A stretch of 64,000 nt of DNA from Candidatus Bathyarchaeota archaeon. GTDB lineage: Archaea; Thermoproteota; Bathyarchaeia; Bathyarchaeales; Bathycorpusculaceae. The DNA lies in contig CAVYXJ010000009.1 of the NCBI GenBank assembly GCA_963772455.1, positions 96,001 through 160,000 of the forward strand, given 5' to 3'. Positions 42,698 to 53,181 of this stretch are shown piece after piece. Within the stretch, counting starts at the first letter, position 1. Each line of letters begins with the position of its first letter. A program made the position numbers and the translations under genes. The notes beneath the pieces were generated by a model. The model did not search any database, was not told the DNA's origin, and saw only the letters and a program-made list of their open reading frames with translations.

Positions 42698-42897
42698 ATT
42701 AAAACGGATAAAAAAAACACAATTTTTTTTTCTCATTACCCAGCTTTAGCCTTGCCGAAAGAAAAAAGTTAAAGCTTTCCAGAATACCTTTGGAAGCCGT
42801 TTTAACATTTAGTGTAATTTACACTGCAGACATTGCTGAGAACTATGCTTTATTCAATATGATTAGGCAACCTAAAAGTGAATAATCCGGCGCTTTT

Positions 42898-43548
42898 TTA
42901 GCGTAGGTACTTGAGAAACCAATCGATTGAGACTTTTGCAACTTCTTCAAGTGTGCCTTGTTCCTCAAAAAGATGCGTTGCGTCTGGAATAATTACTATT
43001 TTCTTTTCAGATTTCATTTGATTCATTGCTTGGCGATTAAGTTCTATCACTTCAATATCTAAACCACCTACTATAAGTAAGGTTGGGGTAACTACGTTTG
43101 AGAGGTATTTGCCTGCAAGATCTGGGCGTCCTCCACGCGAAATGACAGCTGAAATCTCATTTGGAAGTTTTGCAGCAGCAATTAATGCTGCAGCTGCGCC
43201 TGTGCTTGCTCCAAAATACCCGAAGGCTAAGCGCTTTGTTTTAGGATCGTTTCTCAACCATTCCGTTGCCCCAATAAGGCGATCTGCTAGCAAAGGAATG
43301 TTGAAGCGATATTCAGCTGTTACTATGTCTGTTTCTTCTTCTTCTTGTGTAAGCAAATCAAATAGTAGAGTTCCGATCGCCGCTTTGTTGAATTCTTTTG
43401 CAACGTATTGGTTCCTAGTGCTGAATCTGCTGCTGCCGCTTCCATGTGCAAACAATACAACCCCTTTAACGGCAGGGGGTAGAGTCAAAGTTCCCTCGAT
43501 AACTACTTCGCCTACTGGAATTTTTAAGTCTATTTTGTTATGAATCAT
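42898..43548 (-). CDS. Dienelactone hydrolase-family alpha/beta hydrolase
   Basis: FAHGSGSSRFS.RN, GYFGASTG, SRGGRPDLA, ATHLFEE. Confidence 0.92.
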   Translation of the reverse strand: MIHNKIDLKIPVGEVVIEGTLTLPPAVKGVVLFAHGSGSSRFSTRNQYVAKEFNKAAIGTLLFDLLTQEEEETDIVTAEYRFNIPLLADRLIGATEWLRNDPKTKRLAFGYFGASTGAAAALIAAAKLPNEISAVISRGGRPDLAGKYLSNVVTPTLLIVGGLDIEVIELNRQAMNQMKSEKKIVIIPDATHLFEEQGTLEEVAKVSIDWFLKYLR

Positions 43549-44219
43549 ATAATCGCCTTGTTTTCATTTTTTTTGTTGATGTTTCGTTTGTTTTCTTGCA
43601 ACAAACCGATGACTTCTTCATCGGACGTTTGGCTAAAGTCCTTGTAAAATTCTCCTATTGCCTGGAAAAATTCAGGTGTGTAGAGGCATAAGACGCGGTT
43701 AGCCATTTTTTCAAGTTCGTTAATGGTTGAAGGTGGACCTACAGGAATTGCGACTGTTATACTGGCAGCCCCCCTATTTTTCACTGAAGACAAGGCCGCT
43801 TTCATCGTTGAGCCAGTCGCGATTCCATCATCAACAACTATGACATCAAGTCCCTTGAGATCTGGGTAGGATGTGTCTTGCCTGTACAATTTGAGCCTGC
43901 GTTTGATTTCCTGTTTTTGACGTTCAGTTTCTTCTATAACATATTCTCGATCAACACCCAAGTATTTAATTAAATTCTGGTCGAGAATAGTGGTTCCGTC
44001 TTCAGCTACAGCGCCGATAGCCAACTCGGGGTTATCGGGGGCACCAATTTTACGAGGAATAATTATGTCCAATGGCAAATTAAGGGCTTTAGAAATCATA
44101 TACCCAACAACTACCCCGCCTCTTGGAATTGCCAGAACCATACCTTTTTTTCCTGAAAAATTCTTCAAAGCAGATGCTAAACGTTTACCAGCATCAACTC
44201 GATCCACAAAAAAAGCCAT
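43545..44219 (-). CDS. Phosphoribosyltransferase-family protein
   Basis: F.DR.DAG, IPRGGV, RKIGAP.NPE, VDDGIATGST. Confidence 0.92.
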   Translation of the reverse strand: MAFFVDRVDAGKRLASALKNFSGKKGMVLAIPRGGVVVGYMISKALNLPLDIIIPRKIGAPDNPELAIGAVAEDGTTILDQNLIKYLGVDREYVIEETERQKQEIKRRLKLYRQDTSYPDLKGLDVIVVDDGIATGSTMKAALSSVKNRGAASITVAIPVGPPSTINELEKMANRVLCLYTPEFFQAIGEFYKDFSQTSDEEVIGLLQENKRNINKKNENKAII

Positions 44220-44438
44220 GGTATATTCCTCAAAAAGTTGCCTGCTAAAATAATGAGCAACCTCCAATATAAAAATGGTTACCAACATCCTAAACACAAT
44301 TGGAATCACAGGTGCACTCAGTTAATCCAAACTCTTTCTTCAATCTCAAAGCTTTTTTTTGCTTGGTTGTTTGGGGGGTCTTGGATTAAGTTAAGGATTC
44401 TAAAGAGATAAGAAAAATTAATAGTGCTATCTATTGAG

Positions 44439-46844
44439 CTATTTCCGTTTGACTAATATCGCATTGTCTTTGTCGAACGAGTATTCGGCATATTTTTGTG
44501 TGTAGAATAGTCTTAGGTATTCTGCTGCAAAACGTGGTTGAAACGGCAAATCTTCAGGTAAAAGTTTTTCTTTCACTTTGAGGCGTTCTTCGATTGCTGC
44601 TTCTGCTATTGGATAATTTAACAGAAATTCTTTGCGCTCTTTATATGCCGATAAGGTTTGTATAGCCTCATTCATGTAGGATAAGTAGAGGGGCAAGTTT
44701 TCCATTACTTGGTTGACCTTGTAATTTGATGGGTTAGCAAGGATCTCAATTGCTTTGTTTAGGCGTTCCCGCAATGTAGAGTTTTTCTCCCACAAGTAAT
44801 CTTTGGTAGGCAGCAAGTGATCGATTACGTTTTCATCATTGATTAATTCAGTATACAACATAGCTAGTACGTCGTTAGCGATACCTAGTAATGATTGAAC
44901 ATCTGATTGTAAAGTGATGATATCCAAAATATCCAGTTTTTCTTTTTCAATCATTTTCTGAGCGTCAATTGTCATTTCTTCTGCTTTCTTTGCATAGCCA
45001 AGCACTTTAGGGGTATTTTCGCCAAAAACTACTGACAAATCTTCATTTTGAGTGCTTATGTTAGCAATTGGTGTTAGTGAATTTTGAAGGAGTTTCATAG
45101 ATGCTTGAATTTCTTGGCCATATTGACGTTTCCAATTATTGAGTGAACTGTATAATGCTTCGATGACAATCCAAGGTGCCTCTTTTGTCTTTAACTTTTC
45201 ATTTGCAAATTCTATTGCGCGGCATTTCTCAGGAAGAGTAGGGTCATATAGCGATCTTATGATTTTGTAGATTGGGTCAACTACTAAAATTGCTTCGAGC
45301 GCTAGAGCTCTTCCAGTATCTAAAACTTGCTTTATACGTTCTATTCTTTGTTCTAAGGTTATTTCTTGTTGAAAGGGTTCACTAATTATTGTTTTGATTG
45401 GCAACCCTGCATCTTTGAGTTTTCCTGCCCAATTTGAATATTCGCAAGTTGCTAGAATTTGATATTCAGACAGGATAACATTTAATTCAGTTTCTAAAGA
45501 TTCGATGTCTTTGTCTAGTTGGTTTAGTTGGTTAAATTTTTGGTCTAACTCTTCTTGTTCATACCTGTGTTTTTCAGCATTTTTCAATGTGTCTTCAAGT
45601 GAATCCTTGAGGACGAGCATTTTTCCTTGTGGCGTAGTTATAGTAACAGGAATGTTATTTTGTATATTATCAAGTTGTCCTTCGAAAATCAGAATTTTAT
45701 TTAGGAGGGTTTTAGTTTTTTCTTGAATCTCTTTGTTTGAAGATCTATTCTTGGGAGCGGAATCGATGAAAGCCACGGGCAAAGTAAAAGCAAGTGTGGC
45801 TAAAATACCTAAAACCATTGTTGTAGCACTAACGTCAGCTGTGAAAGCTAATGGAACTTGAAGGGCACTTAGAAGAATGAAGAACAAGGCTGCTGCAATG
45901 GTAACGGTAAATATTTGAAAAAGCCTGTCTCCCTTACCAATTAAGCCTTCCTTTACTAATGTTCTTGTAAAGAAGACAAGTGTTAAAGCAAGCCCCACGA
46001 CAATGACCACAAACATAAGTAAACCTGGAAGAGAATCCAGATACTGTGCCAATGCATCTTTGATTGTGCGTCCAGTCCAATCGGGAACCCAGGTAGTTTG
46101 ACCTGCAATTTCATAGAAAACGTTGGATATATCGAACAGTCGAACTTGAGTACCGGACAAGTTAAGGCTCTTAGAAATTGAGCTCAACGATACCAAAAGA
46201 GGTGGGCTTGACCCTGCTGCTACCCACCAATCAGTCCTAGCAATCTGAGTAACGACATCATTGTAATATTGCAAAATCTGTAGAGGCACAGAAATTAAAA
46301 CGTAATACACTATTGAAAGAACAACGTTCTTTTTGAAGTAAACCGCTGAAGCTAAAATCAGTGGAATAGCTAAAAAGTAAGTTGGAGCAAAAAATAGCAT
46401 CGTAACTGCTAATATGCCAAAATCAATGGCAAGTGCGCTCTTGTATCGGTTAGAAATGAGAGGCAGAACAATAAACAAAGTTAGCCAAATGGCGATAAAT
46501 GCAACTCGAATTGTTGTATCTCCAAGGAAGGAAATAAATCTTAATTGGGCCAAATGGAATAGTAACCCGATACCAATGATTGCGCCTCCTACTGGCATGC
46601 CCAAACGTGGACTCTTGAAAACGACAAATGCAACCAATACTGCAAGAAAAATTGGCACTGGTTGAGGGAAAATCGGCAAGAAGGACATTCCTAGAGCCAT
46701 GGCTACAGATGTTAACAGAAAAGTAACCATTTTTAGTGTTGAAGATTCAAGATTGCGTTCTTGCTCTTCGTTGTCTTTTCTTTTCTGTAAACTGGTTTTA
46801 ACCGAAGGGATAATGCCAGAAATTTTTAAGGAAGGTTTCTTCAC
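44439..46844 (-). CDS. Polytopic membrane protein with a large C-terminal helical/coiled-coil domain
   Basis: Roughly 8-9 hydrophobic segments in the first ~360 aa, then ~440 aa of K/E/L-rich helical sequence. Confidence 0.8.
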   Translation of the reverse strand: MKKPSLKISGIIPSVKTSLQKRKDNEEQERNLESSTLKMVTFLLTSVAMALGMSFLPIFPQPVPIFLAVLVAFVVFKSPRLGMPVGGAIIGIGLLFHLAQLRFISFLGDTTIRVAFIAIWLTLFIVLPLISNRYKSALAIDFGILAVTMLFFAPTYFLAIPLILASAVYFKKNVVLSIVYYVLISVPLQILQYYNDVVTQIARTDWWVAAGSSPPLLVSLSSISKSLNLSGTQVRLFDISNVFYEIAGQTTWVPDWTGRTIKDALAQYLDSLPGLLMFVVIVVGLALTLVFFTRTLVKEGLIGKGDRLFQIFTVTIAAALFFILLSALQVPLAFTADVSATTMVLGILATLAFTLPVAFIDSAPKNRSSNKEIQEKTKTLLNKILIFEGQLDNIQNNIPVTITTPQGKMLVLKDSLEDTLKNAEKHRYEQEELDQKFNQLNQLDKDIESLETELNVILSEYQILATCEYSNWAGKLKDAGLPIKTIISEPFQQEITLEQRIERIKQVLDTGRALALEAILVVDPIYKIIRSLYDPTLPEKCRAIEFANEKLKTKEAPWIVIEALYSSLNNWKRQYGQEIQASMKLLQNSLTPIANISTQNEDLSVVFGENTPKVLGYAKKAEEMTIDAQKMIEKEKLDILDIITLQSDVQSLLGIANDVLAMLYTELINDENVIDHLLPTKDYLWEKNSTLRERLNKAIEILANPSNYKVNQVMENLPLYLSYMNEAIQTLSAYKERKEFLLNYPIAEAAIEERLKVKEKLLPEDLPFQPRFAAEYLRLFYTQKYAEYSFDKDNAILVKRK

Positions 46845-46850
46845 GCAATC

Positions 46851-46873
46851 TACCTAAAACCTTATTTTAGGTA
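46851..46873. promoter_or_regulatory. 9-bp inverted repeat in a 61-bp divergent intergenic region
   Basis: tacctaaaa-cctta-ttttaggta. Confidence 0.45.
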
Positions 46874-46905
46874 AACTCCTCTTAAAGCTTATGTAGGTAC
46901 CTCTG

Positions 46906-48282
46906 ATGAATGATGGTAAAGCAACGTTCAACGTACTAGCAAGCATAGAAAAACATATTGAAGGGTTAAAGCCGCTATTGCCAAAACAAGTCTTGGTTTG
47001 CATCGGCGAATATCCTATAAAAACAATCTTAAAGGAACCTATAATTACTAAAGATCTTGCTCTACCAATCTTAATTGAAAAGTCAAGCGATGAAATTTAT
47101 AAGTGGCTTCCAAAAGGCTACGATGCGCATTTTGTTTTAGGGCTTGAAGAAGAACGCATAGATACACATTTCTGGTACAATGTTTTACCCACTATTTCTA
47201 AAGATAATTCAGTTTTGGAGAGTTTGAAGAAGAAATCTTTTGAAAAAATCCATGGTGCAATAATTTTTTCTTCAGTTTGGGACGGAGTCGGTAGTGCATC
47301 GCTTCCAACATATATTAGAAAGTTCAAAGAATCTAATATTGATTCACTTTCTATAATGATTTTACCCTCGAAAATTCAGCCTAAAGATGCCCAATTCAAT
47401 GCTTGTGGTGCTTTAGAAACATGTTTAGCTACGGATGGGGCAACAGTTTTGCTTTTGGAAAGGGATCAAATTGATAGTTATGAGGGTGTTGATCGAAAAG
47501 GTGAACCAATTAAAGGCGATATAACTGCAAATTATCTTTTGAATCTGTTTTTGACCAAGAATTCTCTTGTTGAAGAAATTGCAGAGTTGTCAAGGACTTT
47601 TAATACCAAACTGTTTACTGCTTTGTTGGTTACTGGTTCAAGCTACAATATATTCGGTTCCTTTGGTAACATGTTAAACGCTGCGTTTCTAAAACCTTTC
47701 TTTACCTTTGATTTGCCAAACGCTCCTTTGATATACGTACTTTTGCGTATGCCTTTGATTATGAAAGATAAGGTTACAAGAAGCAAAATCGAGTCAACAA
47801 TAACAAATTTGTTTAAGGAAAAAACAAACCTTCAATCAATATACATAACTGAACCTATCTATACCCAAGACTTGACCGATAGGATAGATGCAGTCTTGTT
47901 TATAGGCGGTTTTGAAGCGACCAAGCTTCTGTCAGATATGGAGACAAAAGTAAAGTCTCTAAAGGATGATGCTGTTGGGAAAGGTTTCATTACAGAAGAT
48001 TGGAAAGTTGTTTCAAAAATTGAAAGTTCACCTAATATTGTCGATATTCTAAAAACCGTAGAGCCGACAAAAAATGATGAGTCTAAAATTGTAAATGAAG
48101 CAACAACGAATGAAGAGGAAATAAAAGTCGCTGATTCTGCGGGTTTAGAAGAGGCAAAAATTGTGGAGCAATCGATATTAAGTGATCAACCCAAAATTGC
48201 TGAAGAGCCAAAAATTACCGTACCAAAAAGAGTTCGTAGAACAAAGAAAACAATAACTAAAAACTTGGATGAAGAAAAATAG
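46906..48282 (+). CDS. Degenerate tubulin/FtsZ-fold protein
   Basis: Ordered remnants VCIGEYP (T1), GAIIFSSVWDGVGSASLP (T4), MILPS, NACGAL, LLERD; charged disordered tail. Confidence 0.65.
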   Translation: MNDGKATFNVLASIEKHIEGLKPLLPKQVLVCIGEYPIKTILKEPIITKDLALPILIEKSSDEIYKWLPKGYDAHFVLGLEEERIDTHFWYNVLPTISKDNSVLESLKKKSFEKIHGAIIFSSVWDGVGSASLPTYIRKFKESNIDSLSIMILPSKIQPKDAQFNACGALETCLATDGATVLLLERDQIDSYEGVDRKGEPIKGDITANYLLNLFLTKNSLVEEIAELSRTFNTKLFTALLVTGSSYNIFGSFGNMLNAAFLKPFFTFDLPNAPLIYVLLRMPLIMKDKVTRSKIESTITNLFKEKTNLQSIYITEPIYTQDLTDRIDAVLFIGGFEATKLLSDMETKVKSLKDDAVGKGFITEDWKVVSKIESSPNIVDILKTVEPTKNDESKIVNEATTNEEEIKVADSAGLEEAKIVEQSILSDQPKIAEEPKITVPKRVRRTKKTITKNLDEEK

Positions 48283-48291
48283 TTTATAGAT

Positions 48292-48314
48292 AAAGGAGTA
48301 TAAAACTCCTTTTT
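48292..48314. terminator. Hairpin between convergent genes (possibly a bidirectional terminator)
   Basis: aaaggagt-ataaa-actccttt followed by T residues. Confidence 0.5.
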
Positions 48315-48322
48315 AATTGAGC

Positions 48323-50993
48323 TTACTTTTTGTCGTTAGCGTTGTTATGGTTGTTTAATGCTTTAATGATGTTAGTAGCGTGCACTCCGTGTTCCAGTAG
48401 GAATGAGCGTGACAGATATCTTTCGAAGTCGCTGGATTTGCTATATAAGAGTTGCATTTCATCGTAGGATTCCAAGTCTTCCGATTTGGCTCGTCCGCCG
48501 ACTACCATGACTCGAGTTGTCCAGGCATCTCTTGATTCAACAACACGTACAGTGATTGTTCTTGAGACTTCGCTTGTTACGTATCCAGCTAATGCAGTGT
48601 ATACTTCCTGAGAGAGGTCTTCAGACCACATGTTTGGCGGTGTTGAGATGGTTACCCATATGTAATCGGTTTTGTATGTGTTTTTGAAACCCATAATGCT
48701 TGGTGTCTTGAAAGCTCGGATAACACTTTTCATGTAATCTTTAAAGTGGTCCATATCAAGGATTTGCTTGAAGATTACTTCGCGAGTCAATGTGTCTTCT
48801 TGCTCTGTAAGTATTTTGAAAATTATTTTGAGTTGTTCGCGTTCTGTTAAGTCTGCTGATTTCTCGAAGTAAGGCTTTTGTGAACCTATTTCAGCAATCT
48901 TTAGATTGTATTCATGGTGTAAATCAACAATCTTGTTTAATCGTTTGCGGTATTCAGAAACTAATTCGAACCGTTTGGCCAATTTTTCATAGAGTTTGAT
49001 TGTGCTGTCAACTTTGTTGAGATTCTCAAGCGCAAAAGATTCTTCTTGTTCAACTCGCTTAAGTTCTCGATCTATGTCCAGAAGTTGTTCTCGTGCATAG
49101 CGTTTTCCGCTAAGGAACTTTCTAAGTTGTCGTTCCATTTTAGTTTTGTCAAATTCTTTGCGTTTCTTTATCTCTTGAACTCTCATGACTTCGTTGTCGA
49201 AGTTTCCTCTTTTCTGCATACGCTGTGTTAAGATTTGGTTAATGTAGGTAAGGTGTTCATCGATCATTTTAGATTCGTCGGCTGGCGTTCTAAGCATAAG
49301 TTGAATTACTAGGTAGATTGTTCCGAGTTCTGTCTGGATAGCCTTTAAGTCTTCTAATTCGGCTTTGCATTCTGGGAGAACTTCGTAGTATCGTGTTAAT
49401 GCGTCTGTTAAGTATCTGGTTTCGTCGTAGAATTTGAGAATAGATAATGATTTTTCTGTTAGTTCAGCTATGTTCACAAGGTCTTCTATTACTTTCTTTT
49501 GTCTTAGAGTAAAGATTTGTGAGCTTGGAATAAGCTGGTTCAAGCGTTCAATGATTGTTGCTTTACGTTGTGGGAATTCTAGGTATGTTTTTTGTAGATT
49601 TGTTAGTAATATTTCTAGGTTATCGAGTTTTCTATTGCCATCTTTGCGTAGTGTTAGGTTTATAATTGATTCTTCGATTGGGCCAATTTTGCCCATTAGC
49701 TTTATGGTAGATAGGAATTTCATTATGTCGTTTAGCCAGTTTTTGACTTGTATCTCAGTTCCTTTTACATGTAATGTTGTGTCGTCTTCGAGTCGTGGGT
49801 TGCTAGTTATGATAGTTTTAAGTTTTTCTTCGAATTGTTCTTCATTGTAAGTGCCTGTTTTTATAAGATAGTTTTTGAAGAGATCTCTAGTAATTTCACT
49901 ATCCACTTTTATGACATTGTTAATTTCTTCAAGGATGTTCTAGTTTTTCTTTTCTTGAATCTTGTAGAAGTTGCATTCCTTCAAAGTTCAACTTGTATGC
50001 CATTATATAGTCTTCAACTGGATAGGTCACTTTTGTCATGCCCAAGGTATGCGATGAATTGTTGGTTAGACCTACTTCAGTTCCTATGCCACCTAGCAAG
50101 TCTGCCAAGTCAAAGTCCATTAAAACATACAGCAAGTCTACGACCATTTGATCCATTTCTTGTCTTGCACTTACAATGTTGCCAACTTTTGAGAATGCTG
50201 GTAGCAAAGGTAGGTAGACTAGGGCATTTATTGGGTTTCGGTAGATTTCTCCATAATTCTTAATGACATATTCGTTATAGTCTTTGTTTAACAATAGTGA
50301 AAGTTCGTTCATAGCCACGAAGGCTGAACAGCCTTTTGCCGGAGGATCATCTCCACCGCATGGAGTGATAACGAAAGCTATGATTGGCACACCTGAACCT
50401 AAAACTTTTCGCAGGTGTCTAGCAAAGTCGAAGAATAAACCGCTGCCTGTACCCCCGCCAAGTCCGTAAACCAAAGCTACTGTTGGGGTTACAATTGATG
50501 AAAGTGCCTGCTCTTTAAACGAGTTGATACAATTGCGAATTATACCTAGTTGGTAGTAGTTTAATGCATAGATTGCTTTTGCGAGTGCTCTTCTTCGGCC
50601 TGCGCCTCCAGCCATTGGTGGAATAGCCATTGTGGTTTGTAACCAAGGGACAAAGGTTTCGAGTTTTGAACCTTCACCGATTAAGTATTCTCCGTATTTT
50701 TGGTTGACGAAGTCGAACATTGCTTCGGCAGTGGGGAATTTGACTGATTGTGCGACTAAACGCATTCGTTCGCGTGGGATACCTGCTTTAATCATTGATT
50801 TGACTGTTTGCTCATATGCTTCTTGCAGGCTTCTGATTTCTGGGTCAGCTATGTCTATAGCTAAAAGAGAAAGACGTGTTAGGTCGTTTTCCATTAGTTC
50901 TTTGGTTTTCTTATTCGTTAAGAAAGATTCAACTATGTTTGTTCCTGCTGAACCAAGACCTATTAACTGAACGCTGTTTTGGTAGATTCGCGT
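48323..50993 (-). CDS. Tubulin/FtsZ-superfamily GTPase (Tubulin_2-like) with a long coiled-coil region, about 890 aa, one frameshift near 49930
   Basis: Frame extends upstream of 50894 through VQLIGLGSAGTN (T1) to ACG 50993; AIDIA, GGAGR, GLGGGTGSG (T4), ITP; the second ORF is the coiled-coil part. Confidence 0.85.
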
Positions 50994-50999
50994 ATTCTA

Positions 51000-51953
51000 T
51001 CACATCCCAACTAATCTTTTTAATCTGTCTTTTACTGACTCAAGATTTGAGGACATTGCCCTATCGATTTTAGCGGCTCTGATTGTTATGCCTTCCAAGT
51101 CTTTAATTTGATCCTCAACTACAAGCTGGAAATAGCTAACTTTTCCACGTACTCTCAGGAACATGACCACAAATACAACTGCTAAAACAGCTAGCACCGC
51201 TATTACGGGTATAAAGAGCATTTCAGTTGATGAACTTACTGGTGGATTGGATGCATTGAGACTGTTTAAGAGAGCTGTTGCATCGCTAACATCACCTGCG
51301 TTAGCTATGGCTCTGGATGCGTTGAGAACGTTAGTGAAAATATCGATGTATCCTTGGGCAACTCCGCTTGATTTAAGTTCTTTCAGCTTTGTTTCTTGCT
51401 GGGAGTATAGGACATTAAAGTTGGCTAGACCTGCACTGGTTGCTTGGACTGTTACCTCGTCGAGAGCAGTTCCGCCTGAACCACCATATAAGCTAACAAC
51501 TTTAACAATTTGTGCAACAGTTGTGGTGCCGATTGGAACTTTTCCGTATAGAACCATGTCAAAGGTTCCAGCTGTCCATTTGAATGTTGTTGATTGTGAA
51601 GCTGGGTTGTATGAGGAGCCCATGTCATATCCTGAGGTTTGAAGTTCCCAGTATCCGCTGGGGTGAGATGTAGATTTTCCTAAGCTTGTTGCAAGTCTAA
51701 GTGTATCTGAGCCTAATGCAACAATGTTTATTGTGAATGTAACTTTAATGTCGGTCCCAGGTAATACTGGCGCCAAATTGTTAGTTGTGTTCGTTGAGGG
51801 GTTATATTGAACCAGAAGTTGCCCTGACGAATCTTCAATTGAATATGTCGTTATCCATTGTCCTTCACCAACAGCTTTGACTGGAGAAAAGGACATTATA
51901 ATCATGGTTGTTAAGATGAATAGTAGACTTAGAGCTAGAATTTTGTTTTTCAA
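51000..51953 (-). CDS. Secreted protein with C-terminal TM anchor and cytoplasmic coiled-coil tail
   Basis: Signal peptide ending PVKA, S/T/G-rich beta region, TM helix IPVIAVLAVLAVVFVVMFL, tail QIKDLEG...LESVKDRLKRL; TTG start at 51953 with AAGGAG SD. Confidence 0.8.
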   Translation of the reverse strand: MKNKILALSLLFILTTMIIMSFSPVKAVGEGQWITTYSIEDSSGQLLVQYNPSTNTTNNLAPVLPGTDIKVTFTINIVALGSDTLRLATSLGKSTSHPSGYWELQTSGYDMGSSYNPASQSTTFKWTAGTFDMVLYGKVPIGTTTVAQIVKVVSLYGGSGGTALDEVTVQATSAGLANFNVLYSQQETKLKELKSSGVAQGYIDIFTNVLNASRAIANAGDVSDATALLNSLNASNPPVSSSTEMLFIPVIAVLAVLAVVFVVMFLRVRGKVSYFQLVVEDQIKDLEGITIRAAKIDRAMSSNLESVKDRLKRLVGM

Positions 51954-52241
51954 TTTGGGACACTCCTTAACTTTTTTAGCTTTTAATGCATATAACATTT
52001 ACGCTATTCTAATATAGATTATTAAGAAAGCATGGATTTAACTTTTTTTGGTGCTTATTGGATTTTGCCTCTCTCTTAACAAATGTTTTTTGTATATTTG
52101 TTAAGTCCGCCTTGCAAAGTACAGTGATGGATTTCGGAAATAAGTTAACCTTTTGTATTAAGAAGCTTTAAACAAATTGATATTGAGCAGGACAAAGGAT
52201 AAGAGAATTCAAGAACCTTACATTGATAATAGTGTCTAATA

Positions 52242-53171
52242 ATGGAAATCATAAACGTACGTTTGCCAGACAAATTGGCCCAAGACATAGATAAATTATC
52301 AAAGAAACATAGTCTAACCCGTTCAGAAGTTATTCGCCAAGCGTTAACAATGTATTTGCATCTAACAGAAAATGTAGGCACTATGCTAAGACCCATGGTC
52401 TTCCAAGTAAAACCCGCCCAAATAAGTTACACGAGAAGAGGCGATGTTTCAATACTAAAAGTTCCCACAGGGCATGCCATCGTGGCAGGATCAACATCAT
52501 CAGGAGCTGTTGGACCCAAGGAAATGGACAAAGTTAAAGTGGATGGCCGTATGTTGGGAAAGTTTTTGGCACGAGTTGCTTTAATGGATGTTTCTGCAAC
52601 AGGTGCATTTCCCCTGCTTTTGTCTGTTACTTTAGGAGTTGAGAAGGAACCAACAGGTAATGCCATAATTGAAGGCATAAGGGGAGAAGCAAGAAGTATT
52701 GGTCTTGATCCAAACCAAGTTATAATGGAAAATACTGAGGATAATTTCGAAACCCTACAAACGGGGGTAGGTTTAACTGTTGTTGGCTTCGCAAATGAAG
52801 GGGAGCTCAGGATTGGAAAAACGTGTCCTGGCGACTTAATTGTTGCGATTGGTAAACCTAAGGTCGGTGATGAAGTAATTGCTGGAGAAGTTAGAGGCGA
52901 AATTGCAGACCTAAAAAACGTCACACAACTCTCGCAGAGAAAGTACGTCCATGATATTTGGCCCGTTGGAGGATTTGGTATTGCTAGTGAAGCAAAAATG
53001 ATGGCTTACGGGGTTGGAAGACAATTGAAAATCAATGAAGTGCGAGGGTTAGATTTGAATAAGTCTGCTGGTCCAGCTACCGTTGTTCTTGCAACAATCG
53101 ATAGTGATAGTCTCGAAGATTTAGTGTCTCTTATTCCTAAACCGATTAATGTAGTGGGAGAAATACTCTAA
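52242..53171 (+). CDS. Ribbon-helix-helix (CopG) domain fused to a CblS/AIRS-like (PurM-fold) domain
   Basis: MEIINVRLP...IDKL......TRSEVIRQAL; SGAVGPK.MD.V.V, GKF.ARVALMD, TE.NF.T.QTG.G.T, G.PKVG.EV, KSAGPAT. Confidence 0.8.
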   Translation: MEIINVRLPDKLAQDIDKLSKKHSLTRSEVIRQALTMYLHLTENVGTMLRPMVFQVKPAQISYTRRGDVSILKVPTGHAIVAGSTSSGAVGPKEMDKVKVDGRMLGKFLARVALMDVSATGAFPLLLSVTLGVEKEPTGNAIIEGIRGEARSIGLDPNQVIMENTEDNFETLQTGVGLTVVGFANEGELRIGKTCPGDLIVAIGKPKVGDEVIAGEVRGEIADLKNVTQLSQRKYVHDIWPVGGFGIASEAKMMAYGVGRQLKINEVRGLDLNKSAGPATVVLATIDSDSLEDLVSLIPKPINVVGEIL

Positions 53172-53181
53172 GGAAAAGCAC

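Noticed and set aside
42898-44219. PRT plus dienelactone hydrolase pair as a novel system
   Set aside because: A widespread, already recognised gene pair (often fused); nothing unusual here
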